NCBI GenBank assembly: GCA_021806925.1
Contig: JAKAPS010000005.1
Coordinates: forward strand, 80-64,079
Source of the DNA: a bacterium
GTDB taxonomy: Bacteria > Patescibacteriota > Dojkabacteria > JAKAPS01
Reading direction: 5' to 3'
DNA length: 64,000 bases
Shown here: in pieces, positions 17,798-28,799 of the stretch
Numbering within the stretch: the first letter of the stretch is position 1
How the letters are laid out: every line of letters starts with the position of its first letter
Made by a program: the position numbers and the translations under genes
The notes under the pieces: model-generated
What the model was told of the DNA's origin: nothing
The model's database searches: none
The model's input: the letters and a program-made list of their open reading frames with translations, nothing else

Positions 17798-20206
17798 ATG
17801 GTATTCAGTTTAAAGCATATTAGTAGGAAAATAAATAAGTCACTAAGTGAAACATATGAGCTTGCAAAGGGTTTAGATAGTTCACTTTCCGAAGTTACAT
17901 TTAGGTACTGGAATAGAACCACGAATACATACGCTTGTAGAGTCATTTCAGTTGAAAGACTGGAGGAGACAGATAAGCTATATAAAGTAATCATTTTACA
18001 TAATGGTAAAAATACTCAAATTATAACTGGTGCTAATAATGTTAAAAAAAATTCAATTATACCTGTTGCACTTGTTGGTGCTGTTTTAACTGGAAGCGAC
18101 AGCAAGAAATTAGAGATAGGTAAAAGGAATCTTGCTGGTTATGAATCAAACGGCATGCTTCTAAGTGAAAAAGAACTTGGGGTAGGGGACGACCATACTG
18201 GAATATATCAATTAAAAGGAATAGATGAAGGTACTAATCTGTCGGAGTTACTTAACGATATTCTAATGGAATTTGAAAATGTTGCGTTTTCAAACAGACC
18301 TGATTTATTCAGCTATGAAAGTATAGTTAGAGAGATTATTGCATCGAACTATCTAAAAGATATAGACCTAAAGCATGAAACTATATTTGATAATTACAAA
18401 GAAAATGATTCAATTCAGCCACCTGTAATTAAAATACTAGATGATTGTTCAGAAGTAAAGGCTTTCAGTGCAGTTAGTGTTGAGAATTTTGTTATCGAAG
18501 AATCGTATACTATTATAAAAGATCTGCTGTATAAATCAGATGTTACAAGTATAAATAACATAGTTGATTTAACTAACATAGCACTTCTTGAAACAGGATT
18601 TCCAATTCACGCATTCTCACTAGACTATACTGGTAATATGGTATCGATTGGAAAAGTTGCGGATGATAATATTAGTATTACTCTACTTGATGGGAAAACT
18701 AGGAAGATATCAAAACAAAATGATATTGTGATTCAAAATTCAAATACAAATGAACCACTTGACTATGCTGGAATAATGGGCGGATATAACTCAAGGATTA
18801 CATCTGAAACAAAAAGAATCCTACTGGTATCTAATCTTGTCAATGGTGCAGTTATTAGAAAAACAAGTAGAAATATTCAAGCTAGAACAGATGCAAGTAA
18901 TATATTTGAAAAATCACCCACATATGCAAATTCAAGGAAATCAATTAACTTCTTTTTAAACTCGCTTTGTACAATATTTGAAGATACCAAAGCTTCTAAA
19001 ATGAGTGAAGTTATTAATTCAAGTGAAATTGATGAAACATATAGAATTCCATTTAATTCAAAAGAAGAGCTGTTCCATATAATAGGGAAGGATATTAGTA
19101 GATATATAGATGTAGATAGAGTACTTTCACTTTTAGGAATTGAACCTATAAAAGATAAAGGTAATATATATTTAGTTCCTCCAAAAACTAGGAAAGATAT
19201 AAAATACATAAATGATGTTGCAGAAGAAGTACTTAGAATATATGGACTTGATAGATTATTAAATGAAAATATAATTGAATTTCCAAGAGGTAATAATTAC
19301 TCATTAAAAAAGAATATAAAAAGAGTACTAAGGGAATTCCTGTATGCTAATGGGTTTTTCGAAGTTGAAGGTTATGTTTTAGATAATTCTTCATTCTATG
19401 AAAAGTTTCATGTATCGGATACTATTAAGGTAATAAACCCGATTAGTGCTAACTATACTGTATTGAAAAGAGATTTAGTTACTGATATTTTTGAAACGGC
19501 AAAAAAGAATTATGGTTTCTTTAATGACTATTTTGTATTTGAAATAAATAAAACGTTCTACACCAGTGATAAAGATAAAGACAAATATATTGAAAACAAT
19601 ATACTTTCAGGAGCATATATATCAAAGAGAAGTAAAGGAGATATTGAAGAGTCAGAGAAAGAATCATATTTCAAACTTAAAGAAATCTTTGATAGACTAT
19701 TAAATAACTTCAAATACACAAATATTGCTAGTATATCTAATAAGAAAAGTAATGGGACTATTAAAGTAGGTGTGGAATATTTTAATGGTAATGATTTAAT
19801 AGCTAGTATATATATACCAAGTTCAGAATGTTTTAATTTCTTTGACTTCAAAGATAATATTTCATATTTTGAAATATATATAGATAAACTTTCAATTGAT
19901 GACGGCATGACCTCATTAACTGATAAACTAAGATCTAGGTTCCCTGAAATAAGGAGGAATATAAGTTTCTTTATTGATAGAGAACACTTATTTAATGATA
20001 TTAAGAATGCTATAAATTCATTGCATATTAAATATCTTCAGAATATCAAGGTTGTTGAAAATATTACAATAGAGAATAAAAATTCTATACTACTTGAAAT
20101 TACATTCCAATCCATTGAAAAAACTCTTCAAGAAAAAGATGTTGACAAGGAAATAAAGAAAATAGAGGACCAACTAATAAAAAGGTTCGGTGTTGTAATA
20201 CGGTAG
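17798..20206 (+). CDS. pheT: phenylalanine--tRNA ligase beta subunit
   Basis: 802 aa, directly downstream of pheS. B3/B4 and B5 regions are recognisable. Confidence 0.8.
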   Translation: MVFSLKHISRKINKSLSETYELAKGLDSSLSEVTFRYWNRTTNTYACRVISVERLEETDKLYKVIILHNGKNTQIITGANNVKKNSIIPVALVGAVLTGSDSKKLEIGKRNLAGYESNGMLLSEKELGVGDDHTGIYQLKGIDEGTNLSELLNDILMEFENVAFSNRPDLFSYESIVREIIASNYLKDIDLKHETIFDNYKENDSIQPPVIKILDDCSEVKAFSAVSVENFVIEESYTIIKDLLYKSDVTSINNIVDLTNIALLETGFPIHAFSLDYTGNMVSIGKVADDNISITLLDGKTRKISKQNDIVIQNSNTNEPLDYAGIMGGYNSRITSETKRILLVSNLVNGAVIRKTSRNIQARTDASNIFEKSPTYANSRKSINFFLNSLCTIFEDTKASKMSEVINSSEIDETYRIPFNSKEELFHIIGKDISRYIDVDRVLSLLGIEPIKDKGNIYLVPPKTRKDIKYINDVAEEVLRIYGLDRLLNENIIEFPRGNNYSLKKNIKRVLREFLYANGFFEVEGYVLDNSSFYEKFHVSDTIKVINPISANYTVLKRDLVTDIFETAKKNYGFFNDYFVFEINKTFYTSDKDKDKYIENNILSGAYISKRSKGDIEESEKESYFKLKEIFDRLLNNFKYTNIASISNKKSNGTIKVGVEYFNGNDLIASIYIPSSECFNFFDFKDNISYFEIYIDKLSIDDGMTSLTDKLRSRFPEIRRNISFFIDREHLFNDIKNAINSLHIKYLQNIKVVENITIENKNSILLEITFQSIEKTLQEKDVDKEIKKIEDQLIKRFGVVIR

Positions 20207-20247
20207 TCGTTTACATCTAATCATAGCGTTCTACTTATACAAGAAAC

Positions 20248-23200
20248 TTATGAATTAACAATCAAGTTATTTGTGTATATTTGCCCACTATTAGTATTAA
20301 CTATACACACGATCTTATATGAATACCCTGAATTTACACTACCAATGTTGTAATTAGCTGAGTAGTTTAATCCACTTCCATTAGCAATAATAGGACTTGA
20401 ATTAACAAGCTGCCCATTAGTATAAATATTAAATTCAACTGATTTTATATCACTCGCATTAATTATATTAGATTGATCTGATGTACCATTTGTAAAAGTC
20501 ATTGTTAAAGGTTGATTGCTGGAAATAGTACTTGGATTCACCGTAATTTGAACATTAGGAGTAGTTATACTATTACCAGTTGGTGTAGGTGTTGAACTAA
20601 CCAATGGTATTACTAAGTTTACACTGCTCGCACTTGTTGCTCCTGTCGAATCTGTTGCATTTACTGTTAATTGATATGTACCTGGTGTAATATTTTGTGG
20701 CACTATAAAGCTTCCAGTATACGTACTACCATTTAAAGAAAGATTGCCGTATGATACTGAGTTGAAACTCATCGAAACTGTTGATATTGTAGCATTCTGA
20801 TTTGTTGTGGCAATATCAGCATTTACTGTTACACTATTTCCAGCAGATATATTGGTATTATCTGTTGGCGATATTATACCTATATTCACACCAGATATAC
20901 TGTTACAGTATTGCGTTGGTACAACATCAGCATTTTTCAAATATGAATCAAGAGCAGGTTGAAAATATGGATCAAGCGTTTTATATTCAGTAATATTTGC
21001 TGTCTGAAAGTCACCAGAAGCTACCATTTGTGGGGTTGCTAGTTTTGTTGTATCTTGTGGACATACATCTACACTTACATGTGAAGCGTCTACTTTTGGT
21101 AATTGAGTCTGGTTAAATATTGCAGTTGTTGTAGGACAATTAGTTCCTTGGGTGTACAATAATCCAGTATCTGAACATATTGTTTTTGTAACGATATCTG
21201 ATGGACGTGCAAATTGATCTTTTGGAAAGCTTGGTAATATCTCCTGCATATAATCTGCCCAATATGGAATTATAAACTCACCTGATGTAGGGTAGTATCT
21301 GTTAACACCTGCATTCATTGGAGTTCCTTCATACTGATTACCAAACCAAAATCCAGATACTACATCTGGAGTATATCCGATAAATGTTAATGAAGATGGC
21401 TCTCCTAAATTCTTTGTATTGTTTGTACCTGTCTTACCTGCTATAGCGTAACCGCTATTAAATAATTTAGGATTGAAATATGGACCAAACTTCATCATAT
21501 AGTAATAATGCTCAAGCATTGTATCTACCATATATGGATAAGAAGGATCAATAACTCTTTGTGATGTTGTTGATGGATCATATGAGTATATGACTTTTCC
21601 TGAATAGTCTTCAATCTTACTAACAGAGTATGGTTGATAAAGAATACCTTCATTCGCAAGCATTGCGTATGCTTCTACGTGTTCAAGAAACACTACATTT
21701 TCTCCTCCAACTGCATAACTTAAATCAGTGCTTGATGTAGGTGTTGTAATGTTTGTATAACCATATGATTTTAATGCTGGTATGAAGTTCTTTAATCCAA
21801 GACTATAAAGAGTTTCAACAGCTGGAACATTTTCACTATGCGTTAAATCTTGATCTATATTGCTAGCTCCTAAAAAGCTACCATCAAAATTTACAACAGA
21901 ATATGGTGGAGTATATGGCACTCCAAGGTATGAATTTATTGTTATTGGGATATCAGGCATAAATGAGGAAGGTGCAAGCCCTAACTCCTTAAATGCGGTC
22001 ATGTAAAGTAAAGGCTTTATTGATGAACCTGGTTGAACACCTTCTGAAGAAGTAAGCATATTAACCTGAGTTCCACCAGTAGGGGAGGATACCATTGCAA
22101 GAATGCCTCCAGTTTTAGGATCTACGCTTATCATTCCAGCATTATCACCGTTGAATTGAAGTGGGAATCCCCACTTCTCAGGGAAGTTACCAGTCTTACA
22201 AATATCTGCTGGTTGTGTTGTTACGTTTGAACCATTATAGAATCTAAAGGTAGTGTTAGTGCCGTAATTCAAATTACAGTACATTTGATTGACTTCATTT
22301 GTTGCAATTTGTTGCATTCCACTATCAAGGGTTGTATATATCTTTAGTCCTCCATATTTTGTTAAATAATCACTACCTAATATATTACTTACTTCATTTT
22401 CAACATATGATATGAAACCTGGAGCTATTTGATCATTACTTGGGTATGAAAAATTGAAATTCTGAATTTCTTTCTTAGCTTGATCTACTTGTGATTGGGT
22501 TACTCCAGTTAGATTAGAGTGTTTAAGCATCTGATCTAACACATAATATGCTCTATCAGTCGATGCAAGATTGCCGTCAGATAATTTAGGATCTAACCCA
22601 TAAATAGGGGAGTAATATGAAGGAGCTTGAGGTAATCCAGCTAAGAATGCACTCTGTGCTAAATCCAGATTTTTTGGAGTTGTATTGAAATATACCTTAG
22701 CTGCGACATCAATTCCAGATATTGTACCTCCAAATGGAATTATATTTAAATATGATTCAAGTATTTGTGATTTTGAATACGTTCTTTCTACTTCAATTGA
22801 AAGAATTAATTCCTTTATCTTTCTTGTTATTGTTTGTTTATCAGTCAATGCAACATTTTTAACTAATTGCTGTGTTATTGTACTACCACCTTGCAGTTGG
22901 CTTGAATTTCTTAAGAATAAATCATGAATACCAGCTCTTAGTATTCCCATTACATCAAATCCAGGTTCATTATAGAAATTGATATCTTCAGCAGAGAGCA
23001 TCGCCCATTTCATGTTGTTTGAAATATCGGAGATGTTTACATATTGTCTATCGATATTATCTGGAGATATTGTATCTATAACCTTTCCATTCCTATCATA
23101 TATGTTTGTATTCTGAAGAGTATTTGAAAAAAATGTCCCTGGCTTTGGTAATTCCTTAGCATATTGATAAACCAATACACCAAAAGCTATAGCTAATATC

Positions 23201-23418
23201 AGTACAATTGCACCAAAGAATACTAATGTGTACTTTATAACCTTAAGTAACTTTTTTTTCTTCTGTTTCCTATCTGTTGAACTCAGATTAGTTCTTTTAA
23301 TAACTTTAGATCTTGAAGCTTTAAAATTCTTCATGTTATTTTTAAATCTATCAAAGAATTTAATACCCTTTTTAGCATCCTGTTCAAGTATCTTTTGTAA
23401 CTTCTTATATGTAATCAT
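20248..23418 (-). CDS. class A penicillin-binding protein (transglycosylase + transpeptidase) with a long C-terminal Ig-like/repeat extension
   Basis: N-terminal TM, GT51 motifs (EDINFYNEPGFD, GGSTITQQL) and transpeptidase motifs (SSIKP, SxN, KTGT). Roughly 350 extra C-terminal residues are rich in T/S/N, with repeated ...TVNAT.../...TVNPS... segments. Confidence 0.85.
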   Translation of the reverse strand: MITYKKLQKILEQDAKKGIKFFDRFKNNMKNFKASRSKVIKRTNLSSTDRKQKKKKLLKVIKYTLVFFGAIVLILAIAFGVLVYQYAKELPKPGTFFSNTLQNTNIYDRNGKVIDTISPDNIDRQYVNISDISNNMKWAMLSAEDINFYNEPGFDVMGILRAGIHDLFLRNSSQLQGGSTITQQLVKNVALTDKQTITRKIKELILSIEVERTYSKSQILESYLNIIPFGGTISGIDVAAKVYFNTTPKNLDLAQSAFLAGLPQAPSYYSPIYGLDPKLSDGNLASTDRAYYVLDQMLKHSNLTGVTQSQVDQAKKEIQNFNFSYPSNDQIAPGFISYVENEVSNILGSDYLTKYGGLKIYTTLDSGMQQIATNEVNQMYCNLNYGTNTTFRFYNGSNVTTQPADICKTGNFPEKWGFPLQFNGDNAGMISVDPKTGGILAMVSSPTGGTQVNMLTSSEGVQPGSSIKPLLYMTAFKELGLAPSSFMPDIPITINSYLGVPYTPPYSVVNFDGSFLGASNIDQDLTHSENVPAVETLYSLGLKNFIPALKSYGYTNITTPTSSTDLSYAVGGENVVFLEHVEAYAMLANEGILYQPYSVSKIEDYSGKVIYSYDPSTTSQRVIDPSYPYMVDTMLEHYYYMMKFGPYFNPKLFNSGYAIAGKTGTNNTKNLGEPSSLTFIGYTPDVVSGFWFGNQYEGTPMNAGVNRYYPTSGEFIIPYWADYMQEILPSFPKDQFARPSDIVTKTICSDTGLLYTQGTNCPTTTAIFNQTQLPKVDASHVSVDVCPQDTTKLATPQMVASGDFQTANITEYKTLDPYFQPALDSYLKNADVVPTQYCNSISGVNIGIISPTDNTNISAGNSVTVNADIATTNQNATISTVSMSFNSVSYGNLSLNGSTYTGSFIVPQNITPGTYQLTVNATDSTGATSASSVNLVIPLVSSTPTPTGNSITTPNVQITVNPSTISSNQPLTMTFTNGTSDQSNIINASDIKSVEFNIYTNGQLVNSSPIIANGSGLNYSANYNIGSVNSGYSYKIVCIVNTNSGQIYTNNLIVNS

Positions 23419-23940
23419 AAAAATATATACAGATAAATTACCTGAGATAAGTTTAACATTTTTTATATTCTATTGGTATGTTTGACAATATATATATCTT
23501 ATTTGATTTATTCTCCAGAAGCATAATTGAGATTATTTCTATAATATTACTTTTCTAAAAAATATTTTCACGAAACACCCCTAGTATTTGCTACTTATTC
23601 AAGTTGCAAAATATATTGATTATGTTCCTATAATATACCAAGGGCTATGAGATGATAAACATCACTATAAGTTTAGAAATGATGGATTAATTGGTTTTGG
23701 AAAAGGAGTACCGAATATATTTAAATCGAAAGATGAACAATTAGAAGTACCTACAGTCATAGAAAAATTCGTAGCTGAATGTAAAAAAATGGAGGATTGG
23801 ATAAAAGGGCAAATAAATAATTAATTGTTATTTATAAATAGTATACTTTGAATATATATTGTTCTATCTTCCTAAATATATTACTCTATATAATACAACT
23901 TGCAATTTAATAATCTATTCAATTAGAATTCATTTGAGTT

Positions 23941-25947
23941 TTGAATATGTTAAATTTAGAAGACAGTGTAACAAAAGTAAAGTATGTAGGAGAAGAGTAT
24001 GGAAAGAGATTTAGCAAATTAGGAATATTTACAGTATATGACTTGTTGACAATTAAACCAACCAGATACATTGATCACTCAAAACCTGTCTTATTAGAAG
24101 ATATTAAAGACTCTGATTACTATACATTCATAGGAACAGTAAAAAATATAAAACAAAGTGGAAATAGATATAAGCCAATGTATATTGTAACTGTTGCTGA
24201 TAGGAATAACTCCATTGCAATATTGAAGTTCTATAATCAAAAATATACATTTTCAACATTAAGAATAAATCATGAATATGTATTTTATGGTAAAAGTGAT
24301 GTTGATACAGGTGTTAATACATACTTTAACAGTCCTGAATTTGAAGAAAATACAGGGAGTTTAAAATACTTAATTGGATTAAGACCAATATATCCATTAA
24401 CTGAGGGTATAAGTCAAAAATGGTTACGCTCAAGGATTCTTTACTGTATGGGTGAAACAAAATTTACAGATGATGGATTAACAATACTTAAGACAAGGTT
24501 AATATCTTTTAGTGATGCTGTGAAATATCTTCATACACCGAGAACTTTGAATGATGTAACACTTGCAATTGAAAAATTTAAATTCGATGAAATATTAAAT
24601 ATATTACTTGCTAGGAAAGCTATATTAGAAGAAATGAATAAAAGGAAAGCTGTTACTGTTACTAAGAACATTCAGAATATTAAATTAGATTTCACGCTTT
24701 CAGAATCACAAAGTAGAAGTATAAATGAAATATACGAAGATTTGAAAAAAAATATACCCATGAATAGAATTCTAATAGGTGATGTTGGTTCTGGTAAAAG
24801 CATTGTAGCATTCCTTTCAGTTATTGCTATGTATTTATCAGGTTATTCATCAATAATATTTGCTCCTACCAGTATTCTAGCTGAACAACACTACAACTCA
24901 ATAATAAGGCTATTTAGTGACAACGGTTTAGATGAAAATAATATATTGTTATTAACAAGTAAAACTAGAATTAATAAAAAGGAAATTGATTTCACAACAC
25001 CAAAGGTATATATAGGGACACATGCATTACTATTTAACATGGGAAGTGATATTGAAAGAAAAGTAGGATTAATTGTTATCGACGAACAGCAAAGACTTGG
25101 TGTAGAGCAAAGGTATGATATATGTGAGAATGAATACAAATATTCTGGAATATACCCCCATACCCTGATTATGACAGCAACACCAATTCCAAGGAGCTTA
25201 TCATTAACAATTCTAAATGACCTTTCATCATCATATTTAGAAAAATTACCAGATCGTCAGCCTATATTAACCAGAATAGTTAATGATGAGAAAATTAATG
25301 ATATGTATGAATTCATAAGAAAGAAGATAACGAAGAGTAATGAACAAGCATATTTCATATACCCTGTTATAGATATTGAAAATAAATTAGAGTTAAAATC
25401 TGTTTTAAATGAGTATGAATCATTGAAAGAAATATATAAGGAATTTAATGTAGGGTTACTACATGGGAAACTTAAAGAAAAGGAAAAATTAGAAATATTT
25501 AATAAATTTAAAAACAATGAAATACAAATTCTTGTCAGCACAAGCGTTGTTGAGGTTGGCGTAGATAGTAAATATGCAACAATAATTGTAATAGAAAATG
25601 CTGATAGATTCGGTCTTGCAAGTCTACATCAGCTTAGAGGAAGAGTTGGGAGAAATAACAGAAACAGCTATTGTTTCTTACCTATATCAAAAATAGGGTT
25701 ATATAATAAATCTAAACAATTCAATAGACTTCATATGTTTACTAAGGAAAATGATGGATATAAATTAGCAGAATACGACATGAAAACAAGAGGAATAGGG
25801 GAGATAATCGGTCAGAAACAATCTGGCGATATAAATTTAAAGTATGCAGATCTTACTGAACAACATTTGATTAATATGGCAAATGAAATTTACCTTGAGA
25901 AATTTAACACAAACAAACATAAATATGGTAAGATTGTTTTGAATTAG
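23941..25947 (+). CDS. recG: ATP-dependent DNA helicase RecG
   Basis: Wedge/OB N-domain, Walker A GDVGSGKS, DEQQRLGV (DEQQ box) and helicase C motifs. Confidence 0.8.
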   Translation: MNMLNLEDSVTKVKYVGEEYGKRFSKLGIFTVYDLLTIKPTRYIDHSKPVLLEDIKDSDYYTFIGTVKNIKQSGNRYKPMYIVTVADRNNSIAILKFYNQKYTFSTLRINHEYVFYGKSDVDTGVNTYFNSPEFEENTGSLKYLIGLRPIYPLTEGISQKWLRSRILYCMGETKFTDDGLTILKTRLISFSDAVKYLHTPRTLNDVTLAIEKFKFDEILNILLARKAILEEMNKRKAVTVTKNIQNIKLDFTLSESQSRSINEIYEDLKKNIPMNRILIGDVGSGKSIVAFLSVIAMYLSGYSSIIFAPTSILAEQHYNSIIRLFSDNGLDENNILLLTSKTRINKKEIDFTTPKVYIGTHALLFNMGSDIERKVGLIVIDEQQRLGVEQRYDICENEYKYSGIYPHTLIMTATPIPRSLSLTILNDLSSSYLEKLPDRQPILTRIVNDEKINDMYEFIRKKITKSNEQAYFIYPVIDIENKLELKSVLNEYESLKEIYKEFNVGLLHGKLKEKEKLEIFNKFKNNEIQILVSTSVVEVGVDSKYATIIVIENADRFGLASLHQLRGRVGRNNRNSYCFLPISKIGLYNKSKQFNRLHMFTKENDGYKLAEYDMKTRGIGEIIGQKQSGDINLKYADLTEQHLINMANEIYLEKFNTNKHKYGKIVLN

Positions 25948-25972
25948 CAGAGTTAAAAAGTAGACTAATACT

Positions 25973-26530
25973 ATGAACATAATAGCTGGGAAATACAAAA
26001 ATAAGAAACTTGTTTCATTCAGTGAAAATACTGTACCACTTTCCAGTAGAGCAAGAAATGGCATTTTTAATATATTACATTCATTTTTATCAGATGAAAA
26101 TAAAAGAGATAATCTTGATGTTCTAGATTTATTTGCAGGAAGCGGTGCAGTCGGACTCGAAGCAATAAGCAGAGGGATAGCAAAAAGTGTTACATTTGTT
26201 GATAATGATTATGACTCAATAAGATCAATAAATACAAACATCGCGGCACTTGGAGTTGAAGATATCACAAAGGTATATTTTAAAAATGCAATCAATTTCA
26301 TAGAAAAGAATGAAGATACTTTATATGATATGATATTCATAATGCCTCCATACGGATACCACTTTAAACACATATTAAAGATCTCATTGAAGCAACTTAA
26401 AGATAATGGCATTTTAATTCTTGAAAGCGACGGAAATAATCCTATAAGTGAAGATATATTAGAAGGAACAGGCTTAATTGGCAAGTACACATTCAGCAGA
26501 GTTGATATAAGCATATTCAAAAAAATTTGA
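25973..26530 (+). CDS. rsmD: 16S rRNA (guanine966-N2)-methyltransferase RsmD-like
   Basis: LDLFAGSGAVGLEAISRG SAM-binding motif and PPY motif; ~185 aa. Confidence 0.7.
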   Translation: MNIIAGKYKNKKLVSFSENTVPLSSRARNGIFNILHSFLSDENKRDNLDVLDLFAGSGAVGLEAISRGIAKSVTFVDNDYDSIRSINTNIAALGVEDITKVYFKNAINFIEKNEDTLYDMIFIMPPYGYHFKHILKISLKQLKDNGILILESDGNNPISEDILEGTGLIGKYTFSRVDISIFKKI

Positions 26531-26895
26531 AGCATTATTGCTACAAATATAGAATGACGATTTCAAATGTAAGTAAAGTAACACATGTATCGACGCATAA
26601 GATATAGAAAATCGTTGATAGATATGTAAAAGCAGGAAGAAGAATAAATACATATGAAGAAGTTAAGAAAATTGGAGTAGAGATGAGACTTCGTCAGTAA
26701 GGGGACAGATTTATGTAATGCGCTACTTGTTGAAAGGTAATATTGAAATTTCTTTAAATAATTCTTATTACCAATACTAATTTACATTGAACAACATTAT
26801 ACAAATTACTTTTCATTGCGAGTGGAATTACATGATTAGACCTTAAATTATTTCTAATCTGTAAATGTTATTTCTGTAAGAGTCCTAAATAGCAG

Positions 26896-26924
26896 TTGAC
26901 TTGTATATACGGGTTTGATACAAT
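26896..26924 (+). promoter_or_regulatory. sigma70-like promoter upstream of the Fic gene (TTGACT-17 nt-TACAAT)
   Basis: -35 TTGACT at 26896-26901 and -10 TACAAT at 26919-26924, with 17-nt spacing. Confidence 0.4.
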
Positions 26925-26930
26925 CAAACC

Positions 26931-26993
26931 AGACTAGGTTTAGACCTGTACGTAGACTAATTTCTAGACTCAAAATAGACTAATTAATAGATT
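26931..26993 (+). repeat. five to six direct TAGAC(T) repeats at ~12-bp periodicity in the Fic 5' leader
   Basis: AGACTAG 26931, TAGACC 26941, TAGACT 26953, TAGACT 26965, TAGACT 26976 and TAGATT 26988. Iteron/operator-like array between the predicted TSS and the ATG at 26999. Confidence 0.45.
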
Positions 26994-26998
26994 CAAAC

Positions 26999-28210
26999 AT
27001 GAATGATATAATAATAATGCAACCATTCAATCAACTATTTCTTAACCAATTTGTTTTAGCAGAAAGTCTTTTGCCTTTTACTAATGAAGAGCTTAGAAAG
27101 TTAGATACAGCCTTAAATAAGTATGAAATATTGTTCTTGAATCCAGATATTGAGAAAAACCTCATTAGTAAAAATGAACTCCTAGCATCTTTTGCTATCT
27201 CTAAGGCAGAGAACTCGAAGCTTACATTACAAGAAGCACAAGACGTGTACAGTTTTATCGTCAATAATGAAGACTACACATTTATTAGCGAGAAACTTAC
27301 CAAAGTGGGGAAATTAACAAACAAAGATTATGATAAATTAGAGTTTTTTAATATTGCTAAGGTATTTAGGAATATCAACCAAAACCCAATACATATACAG
27401 GATGTAACACCAGAATATATACTGGAGTTACATAAACAACTAACCCAAGGTCTTGATATCTTTAAGGATTACTTATTAGATTTTGACGTATATAAATCTG
27501 GACAGTGGCGTGATAACGATGATATTCGGGTTAATACATACAAACCAGCTCCATATAGTGAAATTGAGAAAGGCGTTGAAGAATTACTTAAGTGGGTAAA
27601 GGACAATATTAATATTACCTCTGTTGGCATATTTCATACCGCTTTGTATGCTCTCCACCCATTTTGTAATGGAAATAAACGAGTATCACGAATACTTGAA
27701 CATATATTTCTTAGAAGTTTAGGAATTAATAATAAGAATTTATATAGTACATCCTATTACTACCATAAGGAGAAAGGGAGATATATTAAATATCTCCTTT
27801 ATTCACTAGAGAAGAGAAATTTAAATCATTTTGTGGGATTTTTCCAAGAAGCATTGGTATTATCAATAATTGGTGTTATTAAAACCAGTTTAGAGGTAAA
27901 ACGATATGAATTTATTAATAACAAAGATCTAGATGAAAATACGAGAATCATTCTCAAGCCATTGATAAAACGGCATGAAATACAGTTTAACAAATTGTAT
28001 AAAGAAGTGGATCGTAAAATGGCACGACAAACATTCACCAATTATTTAGAGAAAGCTACAACAGAGAAAATAGTTACAAGAAGGAATGAAGGGCGTAATG
28101 TGTATTACAGCCTCAATACATCATTCCAAGAAGAGAAAGAGATCCATACATTACTAGAGTTCATAAAACAAAAACTCTCTTTTATTCCTGACGAAATGAA
28201 ATTAGTATAA
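26999..28210 (+). CDS. Fic-family protein with a Doc-type active-site motif (HPFCNGNKRVSR)
   Basis: The Fic motif position reads H-x-F-x-N-G-N-K-R-x-x-R. The N and K substitutions match the Doc (kinase-type) variant rather than the canonical AMPylating HPFx[D/E]GNGRxxR. The 403-aa protein has extra N- and C-terminal domains. Confidence 0.75.
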   Translation: MNDIIIMQPFNQLFLNQFVLAESLLPFTNEELRKLDTALNKYEILFLNPDIEKNLISKNELLASFAISKAENSKLTLQEAQDVYSFIVNNEDYTFISEKLTKVGKLTNKDYDKLEFFNIAKVFRNINQNPIHIQDVTPEYILELHKQLTQGLDIFKDYLLDFDVYKSGQWRDNDDIRVNTYKPAPYSEIEKGVEELLKWVKDNINITSVGIFHTALYALHPFCNGNKRVSRILEHIFLRSLGINNKNLYSTSYYYHKEKGRYIKYLLYSLEKRNLNHFVGFFQEALVLSIIGVIKTSLEVKRYEFINNKDLDENTRIILKPLIKRHEIQFNKLYKEVDRKMARQTFTNYLEKATTEKIVTRRNEGRNVYYSLNTSFQEEKEIHTLLEFIKQKLSFIPDEMKLV

Positions 28211-28620
28211 GCAATAAAGATTTGGATCATAGCGGACACTCATTCTACAATAAAAATATTAAGAAGTTTCAGGAAATACCAGATGATTTTAAAGAACAGA
28301 CTATAACGGATATTTAGCATGATATTGTTTGAAATTACGTTCTTAATATTGATGTTAAGCTTTTTATTAACAGAATGTATTTTTTTTAATGATTACAAAT
28401 TATGTTTTATTCTTATCTTGTTGAATTAATAATTTTTCTCTGTAAGAAAACATCCCATCATTTTATAATGGTATCGAAAAACTAGACAAAAGAAAACATA
28501 ATCTACTAAGCAATTTGGCAATTACGTTCAAGGAATGGTATATCAATCCAGCACTTTTTTAGTACTACAATTTTTATTCATTCTAACTATATTTACTTCT
28601 GATATATCACGTAAAAAGCA

Positions 28621-28650
28621 TTGACTCTAAACTAAGACAAGTAGTACAAT
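28621..28650 (+). promoter_or_regulatory. sigma70-like promoter (TTGACT-18 nt-TACAAT) upstream of the amidoligase-like gene
   Basis: TTGACT at 28621-28626 and TACAAT at 28645-28650. Confidence 0.35.
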
Positions 28651-28799
28651 GCTATCCATGGCATCCCATAACGTAGAGAAATGTGGATCATCGTTTGATG
28701 CTCTAACTTGTACATTATCTAAAGAGATAATTGAAGCAATTAAAAAAAATATGTTTTAATGTATGTGGTATATTAACCAGCGAATTCCAATCGGGTCGT

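Noticed and set aside
23640-23825. A start-less reading frame (…GFGKGVPNIFKSKDEQLEVPTVIEKFVAECKKMEDWIKGQINN) in the PBP-recG intergenic region as a possible gene remnant or small protein
   Set aside because: There is no start codon in frame and an upstream TGA; it is too short and unanchored to call. It may be a relic, but I cannot support a feature.
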